Part shown: in pieces, positions 6,836 through 16,482 of the stretch
Layout: every line of letters starts with the position of its first letter
Position numbering within the stretch: the stretch's first letter is position 1
Virus record (IMG/VR): IMGVR_UViG_3300020440_000080
Span: 1 to 24,545 of that record
Reading direction: 5' to 3' (one strand)
Length of the DNA: 24,545 bases
Origin: a virus
Taxonomy: Duplodnaviria; Caudoviricetes
Made by a program: the position numbers and the translations under genes
Notes under the pieces: generated by a model
What the model was told of the DNA's origin: nothing
Seen by the model: the letters and a program-made list of their open reading frames with translations, nothing else
The model's database searches: none

Positions 6836-8088
6836 GTACAAAACCAGGCGGATTTAAGTTTAACAAGTTAATCATAACGTCACACAATGGATTTCAATTA
6901 GACTTAGTTAACTTATGGACTGTTGTTGAGCTTTATGAAGATATATACAGTTCTAGTGTTAGTATGCGTATACAGATGTTAGACACTGGTAATAACATTC
7001 GTGCGTTACCAATTATAGGTCAAGAAGATGTAGAGATTGAATTTGATTTATTATCAGATGGTTCATTTTATGCGCCAATATCTTTATCGATGAAAATAGT
7101 CAAAATAAGTGACTTGACTAAAGACGGACAGAAACAAGGATTTGTTTTAGAATTAGTAACAAAAGATTTTATGCAAAATTTTGATACAAGAATATCAGAA
7201 TATTTTGAAGGGCCTGCGAGTAAGATAGCAGCCAAAGTTTATGGTCAATTAGGTTCTTTTAAAAATTTAATGATTAGAACTAGTGATGACCAACACGAAC
7301 TTATTGTTCCTAATTTTACTCCATTAAAGGCATTGGGGTGGTTAGCAGGAAGAGCTTATCAAGCAGATAATGCTTCTTATTTATTTTTTGAAAACAATAG
7401 AGAGTATGTTTTTGCACCATTTCCAGTATTGATAGAAGCACAAGAAAAAAATAAATTTTTAGTCGATGCAAAGTTTAATACAGGAGAAGACCAAAATTCA
7501 GAAGACAAGAAAACCACATACTTTAAATGGCACTCTACATTTGATAACATAAAAAATATTACAAGTGGATTTTATAATGCAACTGTTTTTTCTCATGATA
7601 TAGTAAATAGAGAAATGAAAGAAATAGTCCACAATTTCTGGGATAATTTTTCAGATTATAAAACTATTACAGGAAAACCATTTCAAGATATATCTGGTAG
7701 TGGATATCAATATAAACCAGAAGTTCAATTTTACGTTCCAGAAAATAGTTTGGGTGTGGGTTCTGGTGATGCAACTGGCGGACTTTTTCAAGAAGAGATT
7801 TTTATGAGAAGAAAGTTTCACATGCAACTATTTAATAATTTAAAATGTGAGATTGGGATTTTTGCAGACCCAAAATTAGGAGCTGGTGATACTATAGAAC
7901 TTAATTTTAATTCTAACTTTGATGAAGCAGATGAAAAACTCCATTCTGGTAAATGGTTAATTAGTGCAATTAAACATGAAATGGACAGAGGAAGGAATGA
8001 TTATAGAATGAGAATAGAATGTATTAGAGATTCAATAGGAATAGATTATCCTCAACCAGTACCAGTATTGAAAGAGGCGGAGGCGTAG
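6832..8088 (+). CDS. Probable baseplate hub protein (gp27/Mu gp44-like)
   Basis: 418 aa between gp53 and gp5. Motifs LYEDIYSSSVS, LPIIGQE, P..TP..AL.WL, YLFFEN, L.AGD.IEL, SGKWLISAIKH and IRDS are typical of contractile-tail hub proteins. ATGA overlap with gp53. Confidence 0.7.
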   Translation: MSTKPGGFKFNKLIITSHNGFQLDLVNLWTVVELYEDIYSSSVSMRIQMLDTGNNIRALPIIGQEDVEIEFDLLSDGSFYAPISLSMKIVKISDLTKDGQKQGFVLELVTKDFMQNFDTRISEYFEGPASKIAAKVYGQLGSFKNLMIRTSDDQHELIVPNFTPLKALGWLAGRAYQADNASYLFFENNREYVFAPFPVLIEAQEKNKFLVDAKFNTGEDQNSEDKKTTYFKWHSTFDNIKNITSGFYNATVFSHDIVNREMKEIVHNFWDNFSDYKTITGKPFQDISGSGYQYKPEVQFYVPENSLGVGSGDATGGLFQEEIFMRRKFHMQLFNNLKCEIGIFADPKLGAGDTIELNFNSNFDEADEKLHSGKWLISAIKHEMDRGRNDYRMRIECIRDSIGIDYPQPVPVLKEAEA

Positions 8089-9648
8089 ATGGATACTTTT
8101 ATGGGAAGACAAGGCTTCATATGGTGGGAAGGTGTTGTAGAAGATGTAAATGACCCAGAATATGTTGGTAGAGTTAGAGTCAGAATATTTGGGGTTCACT
8201 CAAAAGATAAGGCAAAAATACCTACTGATAAGTTACCTTGGGTGTCGCCTATAATGCCTATCACCAGTGCGTCAGCTGGTGGTTTAGGACAATCTCCCAC
8301 AGGAGCTATTACAGGTTCAAGAGTTATTGGATTTTTTAGAGATGGACAAAATCTTCAAGACCCAATACTTTTTGGAACAGTGCCTGGGAAACCAATCTCA
8401 GCCGCAAACACAACTGAAGGATTGAATGACCCTTCTGGAACATATCCCCCAGAATCAACACCCCCTTGGAAGGGCGGTAGTGACCTTGGCGAGTCAGATG
8501 TCAACAGACTTGCAACTGGTCAAAGAGGTGCTGAAACTATCACACAGGACAAAAAGGACGGTGTAGATACGAACATGGCATTCACAGAACCAGCGAGTCC
8601 GGCAGCACCCTTATATCCATATAACCAAGTAATGAGTACGATTGCTGGACATCATCAGGAATTTGATAGTACGCCTGGCGCTGAGAGAATCCATACATTC
8701 CACAAGGCTGGTTCATTTGAAGAATATCATCCAAATGGAGATGTTGTTCGAAAGTGTGTCGGAGATAGTTACGAAGTTGTAATGGGTAATAAATTTGTTT
8801 CGGTTAGTGGAAATTGTACTGTTGTTGTGGCTGGAGATGTTACTGTTAAAGCTGGCGGAAATGTTGATATTAATGCTGGTGGATACGCATATGTAACTGG
8901 GGGCCCCAGTGTCAAACTTTGGGGTGGAAGAATTGATTTAAATAGTGGTTCTTCTCCATCACAAGGATATAGTCCTGCCACTTTGGCAAAGAAAGAAGCA
9001 AATCAAGAAGCAATTGGTTGGCATACACCAATCACTCTTTCTGAATCAGAGGTATCAGATATTCAATCTGGACAAGTTGTAGAAATACAGAACGGTTCTG
9101 ACCCATATGATAAAGAAGCATTAGAATATGGTGATGGTGGTATTGAAGATGGAAGAAGAAATAATAAGAGTCCAGCAAACGATGTAGTCGGGCCACAGGA
9201 TGCAAATGAAGAAACTGACTCTACATTCGACCCAGCAAGTTCTGATTTGTTAATATTCTTACCACATACAGACCCAAGAGTATCTTCAAGACTAATAAAC
9301 GTGGCAGAAAATATTGCGAGAAAGGTTGGTTATCCTCTTACCATTACAAGTGCATATAGGTCTCCATCCTACAACAAGAAGGTTGGTGGTGTTAAAAAAT
9401 CAATTCACATGAAAGGATTAGCATTTGATGTTGTTATGAGTGGTAAGTCTTCTGCTCAGAGAGCTGCTTTTGTTAAAGCCGCATGTGACCTTGGAATACA
9501 AGGAATCGGGATATACAGTTCGTTTACTCATATTGACCTTGGTGGTAAACGGTGTTGGGGGCCAAATGGAAGTAGAACTTCACTACACAGATATCAATGG
9601 GCCCAACAAGCACTAAGAGATAAACAATGGCCTGGCAGTGGCGGGTAA
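8089..9648 (+). CDS. gp5: Baseplate central spike gp5 (OB fold + beta-helix) with C-terminal peptidase M15 domain; no lysozyme domain
   Basis: WWEGVVEDVNDP..GRVRVRIFG.H, LPW and VIGFFRDG...QDP..FG (OB fold). YPYNQV...GH..EFD.TPG.ERIH..H..G, then VxG repeats ending GGRIDLN. C-terminal ITSAYRSP..N..VGG..KSIHMKGLAFD...GIGIY..FTHIDL. SD GGAGG upstream. Confidence 0.92.
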   Translation: MDTFMGRQGFIWWEGVVEDVNDPEYVGRVRVRIFGVHSKDKAKIPTDKLPWVSPIMPITSASAGGLGQSPTGAITGSRVIGFFRDGQNLQDPILFGTVPGKPISAANTTEGLNDPSGTYPPESTPPWKGGSDLGESDVNRLATGQRGAETITQDKKDGVDTNMAFTEPASPAAPLYPYNQVMSTIAGHHQEFDSTPGAERIHTFHKAGSFEEYHPNGDVVRKCVGDSYEVVMGNKFVSVSGNCTVVVAGDVTVKAGGNVDINAGGYAYVTGGPSVKLWGGRIDLNSGSSPSQGYSPATLAKKEANQEAIGWHTPITLSESEVSDIQSGQVVEIQNGSDPYDKEALEYGDGGIEDGRRNNKSPANDVVGPQDANEETDSTFDPASSDLLIFLPHTDPRVSSRLINVAENIARKVGYPLTITSAYRSPSYNKKVGGVKKSIHMKGLAFDVVMSGKSSAQRAAFVKAACDLGIQGIGIYSSFTHIDLGGKRCWGPNGSRTSLHRYQWAQQALRDKQWPGSGG

Positions 9649-9655
9649 TTTTGAT

Positions 9656-9663
9656 TATAAATA
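9656..9663 (+). promoter_or_regulatory. T4 late promoter TATAAATA upstream of gp25
   Basis: Exact match in the 44-nt gp5-gp25 gap, followed by SD AGGA. Confidence 0.8.
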
Positions 9664-9692
9664 TTATAAAATCAAATTTTTAGGAACAACTC

Positions 9693-10136
9693 ATGCAAGC
9701 GCAGTTTTCAGAAGAGAAGCTCGGTGACTTACCAGAAAAACAAAATCAGTTTCGTGATTTTGACCTAAAAATGATGTTGAATGTTGCAACTAGAGATGTT
9801 GTGACTAAGAAAGATGTGAACGCAATTAAACAAGCATTAAAAAATTTAATTTTAAGTAATGTTTTTGATAGAAAATTTAATCCAGCATTTGGGGGTAATA
9901 TTTATAAAGAATTATTTGAACCTATGGATCAGATAACAGTTGGTATTATGGAAACAAGACTGAATAATGTTATTAAGGCCTTTGAAAAAAGAATAATTAA
10001 TTCTAAAGTTAAAGTTATACCCATTTATGGCCAAACAGCGACTGACCAGAACAAAGTGCGTATTGTTATAACTTACGCTCTCCCAAGAGTCGATAGAGAA
10101 TTACAAACAGAATTTACAATAGAGAGACTACGATAA
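9693..10136 (+). CDS. gp25: Baseplate wedge subunit / sheath initiator gp25
   Basis: FRDFDL, DV..KKD.NAIKQALKNLI, R.FNP.FG..I...LFEP, FE.R and terminal ERLR motifs. Confidence 0.92.
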   Translation: MQAQFSEEKLGDLPEKQNQFRDFDLKMMLNVATRDVVTKKDVNAIKQALKNLILSNVFDRKFNPAFGGNIYKELFEPMDQITVGIMETRLNNVIKAFEKRIINSKVKVIPIYGQTATDQNKVRIVITYALPRVDRELQTEFTIERLR

Positions 10137-12046
10137 TGGCCAAAAATATAAGAGTTTCGGAATTAGACTTTGACACAATAAAAACAAATATTATAAATCA
10201 TATGAAAAATTTGGACAACACAAATACGTTCAAAGATTATGATTTCCAAGCTTCTGGCCTTAATACCATGATTGATATTCTAGCATCAAATACTCATTAT
10301 CAATCGTACTATTTAAATATGATGGCAAATGAGATGTTTTTAGATACTGCAAGACTTCGTGAAAATGTAGTATCTAAAGCAAAACTTCTTGGATATACAC
10401 CAACATCTGCGAGAGCATCTGAAGCTACTCTATCTGTTTTATTTAGAAAGACTGTTAATACTGAAGATGAAGTTAAATCTGGTATTAGAATTACTAGAAA
10501 TATAAGTTTCTCCACAAATATAGATGGAGTATCTTATAATTTTACTCCTAAAGTTAATAGAATTGCCATGAAGTTTGGTGAAACATTGCCTGCAACTGGC
10601 CAAAACGAAGGAAAATTTGAAACACGATATTTAATAGAAGACTTAGTTGTAATTCAAGGAGACCAAGTTACAGAAACATATTTTGTTGATACAAATGACC
10701 CCAATCAAAAATTTGTTCTCAGTAACCCAAATGTCGATACTGAAACTATACAAGTTGTAGTACAAGAGAATCCAGATGAAGATGCTACTATTGCATTTTC
10801 TAAAGAAACAAATAATATGAACTTGACTGATATATCTACTACATTTTTCTTACAAGAATCTTCGGGATTTTATGAAATATATTTTGGAGATAATGTCTTG
10901 GGCAAAGGTGTTCCAAGTGGTAGTCTAATTACAATCAGTTATCTAGTAACTGGTGGTGCTGGAGCAAACGGTGCTGGTGTTATTGCATTAAGAAGTCATA
11001 ATCTAGAAGACGTAGATTCTACTGGTGGTATTAGAGAGGTTGCAGTTGTACAAAATGCATTTGGTGGTTCAGATGCAGAAACAGTAGAGTCGATTAAATT
11101 TTATGCACCAAAAAGTTTTGAAGGACAAAACAGAGCTGTAACTTTGAGAGACTATCAACAAATCATTCCAAAAGTTTATCCACAAACAAAATCAGTAAAT
11201 GTCTGGGGTGGGGAAGATAACATTCCAGCTGCATTTGGTAGAGTTTATATTTCTATTAGACCTATTAATGGAACACTTCTTTCTGACTTGGAAAAAGAAC
11301 AGGTGAAACAAAAGTTGAAAAAAGATTATTCGATATTAACTATATTACCAAATATAGTTGACCCAGATTATACAAAAGTTATTATTACTTCCAAGGTGAA
11401 ATATGATGACGAATCTACATTATTGACAGCTGATGAATTAAAATCTAAAGTGGAAGATGTAATTAAAAATTTCAACGACCAATATGTTAGTGAATTTAAT
11501 AACTATTTTAGATATTCGAATCTAGTATCAAGAATTGACAATACAGATGCAGCCATAACAAACAATGAAACAACAGTAGAAATTTTAAATACTTCTACAC
11601 CACTAATAGATACAAAATTTACATATACTTTTTATTTTAATAATCCTCTGAAAAAGGGAACATTAAGTTCTAATGGATTTTTGTTGTCTGGAAATACTAA
11701 TTTAATTTATGTAGAAGATGGCCAAGATGGGAAATTGAAGTTTTGGTATATGGATGGTACAACAAAAAAATATTTAACAACTGGTATTTCTGGAACTATT
11801 GACTACACTAGTGGTTTAGTAACTATTAGTGATGCAACAATTACTGGTATTGCAAGTGGAACAGGAAACGATTTGTTTATAAGAGTGACACCAGAAAACT
11901 TTGATGTATTTCCAAAAAGAAACCAGATATTAATTATAGATGAAATTAATCAGGCTATTACAATGGAAGCTGATAATGACCTATACAACAACAATTATTC
12001 AATTAGTGACCAAACAGTAGTAACCCTTAGAACAACGAATAGTTAA
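10136..12046 (+). CDS. gp6: Baseplate wedge subunit gp6
   Basis: ELDFDTIK, FKDYDFQASGL, NEMFLDTARLRENVVSKAKLLGY.P, YEIYFGD..LGK, SIKFYAP...QNRAVT..DY, WGGED and GTIDYTSG motifs. TAATG overlap with gp25. Confidence 0.95.
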   Translation: MAKNIRVSELDFDTIKTNIINHMKNLDNTNTFKDYDFQASGLNTMIDILASNTHYQSYYLNMMANEMFLDTARLRENVVSKAKLLGYTPTSARASEATLSVLFRKTVNTEDEVKSGIRITRNISFSTNIDGVSYNFTPKVNRIAMKFGETLPATGQNEGKFETRYLIEDLVVIQGDQVTETYFVDTNDPNQKFVLSNPNVDTETIQVVVQENPDEDATIAFSKETNNMNLTDISTTFFLQESSGFYEIYFGDNVLGKGVPSGSLITISYLVTGGAGANGAGVIALRSHNLEDVDSTGGIREVAVVQNAFGGSDAETVESIKFYAPKSFEGQNRAVTLRDYQQIIPKVYPQTKSVNVWGGEDNIPAAFGRVYISIRPINGTLLSDLEKEQVKQKLKKDYSILTILPNIVDPDYTKVIITSKVKYDDESTLLTADELKSKVEDVIKNFNDQYVSEFNNYFRYSNLVSRIDNTDAAITNNETTVEILNTSTPLIDTKFTYTFYFNNPLKKGTLSSNGFLLSGNTNLIYVEDGQDGKLKFWYMDGTTKKYLTTGISGTIDYTSGLVTISDATITGIASGTGNDLFIRVTPENFDVFPKRNQILIIDEINQAITMEADNDLYNNNYSISDQTVVTLRTTNS

Positions 12047-12048
12047 AA

Positions 12049-15000
12049 ATGGATCTAGTAAATTTAAAAAATTTGTCGAGTACCATTATCACCCAGCTGC
12101 CTCATTATCTGGCAAACGATGATGATTACACTAAATTTGTCAAATTTATGCAATTGTATTATGAGTATTTATCTGTGGGGGGTAATCCCACTGATGTCGC
12201 CACAAGAATGGCAGATTATGGTGATTTAGATAAAACTCTTGATACTTTTGTTGACGAATTTAAATTTGAAATTGGAAGTGTATTTCCTTCTATAACCAGA
12301 TTAAAAGAAATCCAAGATGATAACGCAGAAATGCAGGCATTGTTTAATGCAACAGGTGTTACAAATGCAGATACAGTAAAATATCAGACCGACACATATA
12401 TTGGAAACGGAGTTGTGTCAGAATTTTTACTTTCTTATTTTGCTCCTTCTCATTATTTTGGGAAAGATGTCGCCTTAAGGGTCACAGATTTAAAAGTGTA
12501 TTCTAATCCAACTCTTTTTAATTCAAGTATGGATACTTATCGTGCGAGTAACCCACTTGCTGGTCTTTCATTTCCAACTGATTATGGTCTATTGACAGAA
12601 GGAACTGATTATGTCATAACAGGACAACGAATAAAATTCTACAATAGTGATGTTCTTACTGCACCTTCAGATCAGGTATCAATTAAAATTGTATATCAAT
12701 TAAATGTAGACCTTGGTGCAACTGCATCTCAAATACAAACTGAAACTAAAAAGGCAAGATTTTCAAATAAAAAACATTTCTATAAACTTTTAAAAGAGTT
12801 TTATCAATCAAAAGGTTCAGTCCAATCCTTTAAATTTATTTTTCGTGCATTTTTCAACGAAGATATAGAAATATATTATCCAAAAGAAAATATATTAAAA
12901 ACAAATGAAAATACATGGGCCCAATCTGTAAGTATTAGGACAAGAGGAATTGTTGATTCTTTAAATCCGCCAGGCAAAACAACAGAAATAGTTGCATTAG
13001 TTGGAGAAACGAGTGGTGCAACAGCGATTCCAGAAAGTGTTTATCATTCAATACAAGATTCGGTTGCATTTACCGAATATGTTATCACAAACATAGCTGG
13101 AAATTTTCAATCACAAGAGTTTCTTTTAGTTCATGCTGAAGATACTAATAGCCGTGGAGAAGTTGAAAATAGAATTATTAGAGCTCAATTGTTTGATGTA
13201 ATTACAGGGTTTGATATTTCGAACCCTGGCACGAACTATCCAAAAAATGTGTTTATACAAAACTATGAATCAAATGCTGGTTCTGGTACTGGAATGAAAG
13301 CGAGAATAGAAGGAACAACTAATGGAGAAATTTCTAAAGTTGAAGTTATAAATGGTGGAACGAATTATATAACAGGAGAGTTGATTGAGTTCAATAATAC
13401 AGGCACAGGCGGTTCTGGAGCTCTTGCAAGAGTAGCAGAAGTTACTAACACAGAACAGACATATGATATATCTTGGGTACAAGATATTACAGATGCATTA
13501 TATCCAAAAACTCAGTTTGAAATTAGTGATGCAAATTCTCTATATGGACATTCAGTGCAGTATTCAGAATCTTTATCAAGAGATACTAAAGTTACAATAA
13601 AAAATCATGACCCAAAATTTAATGATGTTGTTGCACTATTTGATTTTGAAAATCTAGTGCCTGGCAATTTACAATTTCAAGAATATAAAAATGATTTAGA
13701 AAATACTAGACAAAATGCAACCAGAGCTAATCCAACTATTGGGCCTAAAATTGGAAACTTCAGTTTAAGAGTTAACGATACTGGATATGTGAGAATACCA
13801 AAACTTCCATCTCTTCTTACAGGCAGTACAGATTTCACAGTAGACTTTTGGTATCATGGGTCTGGTTTTGGTGGAGATACAGGAGATGGTGGAGCCATTT
13901 TTGCAATAAATGGAACTGAAGCTGGCTCACATGATAATCAATTGGTTTTATATCATAGAGCAGATGGAAAGTTTACAGTTGCAGTAGATGATACAGATAA
14001 AACAAGTACTGGTTTGTTAACTGATACTGCTACTTCAGATGATTGGAATCATATTGCTTTATATTATAACACAACAAGTGGAGTTAAAGTTTATCAGAAC
14101 GGAGAACTAAAAGAAGATATTTTTGGTATCGGTCAGTATGGGGGAACAATTGATGGTATACAAACTTCCTCACATTTTACTATTGGCGCTGATTATGATA
14201 AAGGAACTGATGTAACAGACGATGGTAATAGTGCATATTACTCAAGTTTTAGAGTTACTAAAGGTCAACGATTTACGGAATATGTCGATGCAACAGATGG
14301 TAATAAAACAAAAATACTTTACTCTGATTTAAATCCTATTCCGAATGAAGAAGAACTACAACCTTGGCAGTATGAACTTGCCAATAATAGATTAACCTTA
14401 AAAGAATATAACGCACAAGGATTTCTTGCCACTAGAACTCTTCCAGATTGGTTTTCTGTGAATTTATATTTTAGAAATCTTCCCATTGGTTCTATTAGTA
14501 GAATTAATTTAATATCTGGTGGGTCTGGATATATTCGAAATCCTATAGCAAGAGTTTCAGATGAAAGTGAGGGTTATACTTCAATAGGAAACGGCGCAAG
14601 TTTTGATATTAAAACAACAAGTGTCGGGGGAATTTCTAAAATAAAAATCGTTCAGGCAAGTACAATCCCAACTGCTCATGGATTTGGAATTGGATATGGA
14701 ACTGTGCCAACATTAGATTTATCAACTCTTGGAGATGGTAATGCAGTAGTAACTCCAGTGAAAGGGATTTTGTGCGAGAGAGAAGGAAGATTTTTAAATG
14801 ACCAAGGATTCCTTTCAGATAATAATAGAATACATGATGGTTATTTGTGGCAAGACTATTCTTATGTTGTAAGAGTTAATAGAATTGTAAATGAATGGAG
14901 AGAGATAATTAAAAAAGTTGTCCATCCTCTAGGTATGGCATTATTTGGTGAGTTAGTTTTACTTACTAAAGTAGAAGGTAAACAATTAAAGAGATCAATT

Positions 15001-16422
15001 CTTTATATTTTTTATGAAATTATAAAGAATTTAGATATAAAGTCGAAAAACATGGACGGTTTGGGTGTATGGACTTATCCAAATACAGGAGATTCACAAA
15101 TTGACACAAAACAATTATTATCTCATGGATATTCTATAATCTATGATAATCGTCAAGATGATGCGGCTTCCCTCACAGGTGCAGATGATGATACTCCAGC
15201 TGGTCAAAATGTTGATGTTGGTGAAGGTAGATATGCATTACAAAAAACTGATAATACAACTGCAACTTCATGGACTGATGTTGCAACTGTATCAGTAAAT
15301 AATAAAGATAAGTTCTATACAGATTATAGATTTTTCTATGAGGATAGTGAAGATATGATTGGTAGAGAGTTTGTGATTTACAATATGTCAGACGCATTTA
15401 TTACTAGTGCAGAACACACTATAACTCGACCATATGCAAGATATAAAGTTACTCAAGTGCAAAATGTAGATACAGATAGTGACGGTATATCAAACATATC
15501 TAAATTTTCTGTGACTCTCGTTTCTAGTGTAGGAGACCTTCCGCCTACTACACCAGATGATGTTATAGAATTTAGATGGGATAGAGTCTTTAGAGGTAAT
15601 GTAGAAAGAAATCCATCATATTGGGTAGGTTCAACAAGAGATGGGGCAGACCCAAGTGACGACAAATATGTTATTAAAATAGGGAGTAGAAGAGTTCCCA
15701 CAGATTATATTCCATCTATGGGTACAACCTACAAGTCATTAGAGAGATTTAAATTCTTTTTCGATGAAGCATATCCATTTGATAAGTTAGTTAGATATCG
15801 AATGAGTCCAGAAGAAGAAGTAGAAGCTTCTCCATATAATCAAATGTTTGCACCAAATGGAGCATTTAATACTATGAAGATGCTTCCTAGTACAACAAAA
15901 TTTATTACTATTCGAAATCCTAATGGAAAAAATGAATATGCAATTGTTCCAGCATATCTTGATACAGAAGTACTTCCACTTACTGGTAGACCAGATGGAA
16001 GTTTCATAGGTGTGACTGATGGAACAGACCATCAATGGGGAACAACAACATTGCAAAGAGTTCAAGAACTTTTTGATAGAGACTATCATGCAGTTTTAGA
16101 TTCTAGTATTAATATTGGCCCAAAAGTTTTAGTTATTACTGAGGAGTCGAGAGAACAAAATGGACAGACTGTTAATGGACTTACTAATCTATCAGTAGAA
16201 AGAAGAAAGTTTAATGATACTTCTCCACAGGGTTTAGATAATGACCTATATAATTACGAGATAGAAACAATCACTGAATACAGAGAAAGAAGTAACATTG
16301 CACAAGAAAGTGCAATCAGACGGTATATGAAACAGGGAGAAGATGCAACGGAAATTGCGTCTACCTATCCAACATCTATAAGTGAGTGGGAATCAATACC
16401 AGAATTATTTTCCCCATCGTAA
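12049..16422 (+). CDS. gp7: Baseplate wedge initiator gp7-like protein with inserted LamG/ConA-like domain and long C-terminal extension
   Basis: Lies between gp6 and gp8. Motifs QLP...F..F..YYEYL, KEFYQSKGS..SF.F.FR.FF...IEIYYPK, repeated I.N.G.NY/GSGY units, and IHDGYLWQDYSYV...W...KK.VHP.GM.LFGE. Confidence 0.8.
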   Translation: MDLVNLKNLSSTIITQLPHYLANDDDYTKFVKFMQLYYEYLSVGGNPTDVATRMADYGDLDKTLDTFVDEFKFEIGSVFPSITRLKEIQDDNAEMQALFNATGVTNADTVKYQTDTYIGNGVVSEFLLSYFAPSHYFGKDVALRVTDLKVYSNPTLFNSSMDTYRASNPLAGLSFPTDYGLLTEGTDYVITGQRIKFYNSDVLTAPSDQVSIKIVYQLNVDLGATASQIQTETKKARFSNKKHFYKLLKEFYQSKGSVQSFKFIFRAFFNEDIEIYYPKENILKTNENTWAQSVSIRTRGIVDSLNPPGKTTEIVALVGETSGATAIPESVYHSIQDSVAFTEYVITNIAGNFQSQEFLLVHAEDTNSRGEVENRIIRAQLFDVITGFDISNPGTNYPKNVFIQNYESNAGSGTGMKARIEGTTNGEISKVEVINGGTNYITGELIEFNNTGTGGSGALARVAEVTNTEQTYDISWVQDITDALYPKTQFEISDANSLYGHSVQYSESLSRDTKVTIKNHDPKFNDVVALFDFENLVPGNLQFQEYKNDLENTRQNATRANPTIGPKIGNFSLRVNDTGYVRIPKLPSLLTGSTDFTVDFWYHGSGFGGDTGDGGAIFAINGTEAGSHDNQLVLYHRADGKFTVAVDDTDKTSTGLLTDTATSDDWNHIALYYNTTSGVKVYQNGELKEDIFGIGQYGGTIDGIQTSSHFTIGADYDKGTDVTDDGNSAYYSSFRVTKGQRFTEYVDATDGNKTKILYSDLNPIPNEEELQPWQYELANNRLTLKEYNAQGFLATRTLPDWFSVNLYFRNLPIGSISRINLISGGSGYIRNPIARVSDESEGYTSIGNGASFDIKTTSVGGISKIKIVQASTIPTAHGFGIGYGTVPTLDLSTLGDGNAVVTPVKGILCEREGRFLNDQGFLSDNNRIHDGYLWQDYSYVVRVNRIVNEWREIIKKVVHPLGMALFGELVLLTKVEGKQLKRSILYIFYEIIKNLDIKSKNMDGLGVWTYPNTGDSQIDTKQLLSHGYSIIYDNRQDDAASLTGADDDTPAGQNVDVGEGRYALQKTDNTTATSWTDVATVSVNNKDKFYTDYRFFYEDSEDMIGREFVIYNMSDAFITSAEHTITRPYARYKVTQVQNVDTDSDGISNISKFSVTLVSSVGDLPPTTPDDVIEFRWDRVFRGNVERNPSYWVGSTRDGADPSDDKYVIKIGSRRVPTDYIPSMGTTYKSLERFKFFFDEAYPFDKLVRYRMSPEEEVEASPYNQMFAPNGAFNTMKMLPSTTKFITIRNPNGKNEYAIVPAYLDTEVLPLTGRPDGSFIGVTDGTDHQWGTTTLQRVQELFDRDYHAVLDSSINIGPKVLVITEESREQNGQTVNGLTNLSVERRKFNDTSPQGLDNDLYNYEIETITEYRERSNIAQESAIRRYMKQGEDATEIASTYPTSISEWESIPELFSPS

Positions 16423-16440
16423 ATGAGGGAGTAAAAAACT

Positions 16441-16448
16441 TATAAATA
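16441..16448 (+). promoter_or_regulatory. T4 late promoter TATAAATA upstream of gp8
   Basis: Exact match in the gp7-gp8 gap, 34 nt before the ATG. Confidence 0.85.
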
Positions 16449-16482
16449 GAAGAAACGAATTTCAATTCAAAGGGTATATTAC

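Noticed and set aside
9650-9676. Imperfect inverted repeat around the gp25 late promoter
   Set aside because: Almost all A/T with a 2-nt bulge; easily due to chance in AT-rich DNA.
16411-16430. Hairpin TCCC-CAT-cgtaa-ATG-a-GGGA over the gp7 stop as a terminator
   Set aside because: Short bulged stem with no following U-tract on either strand.
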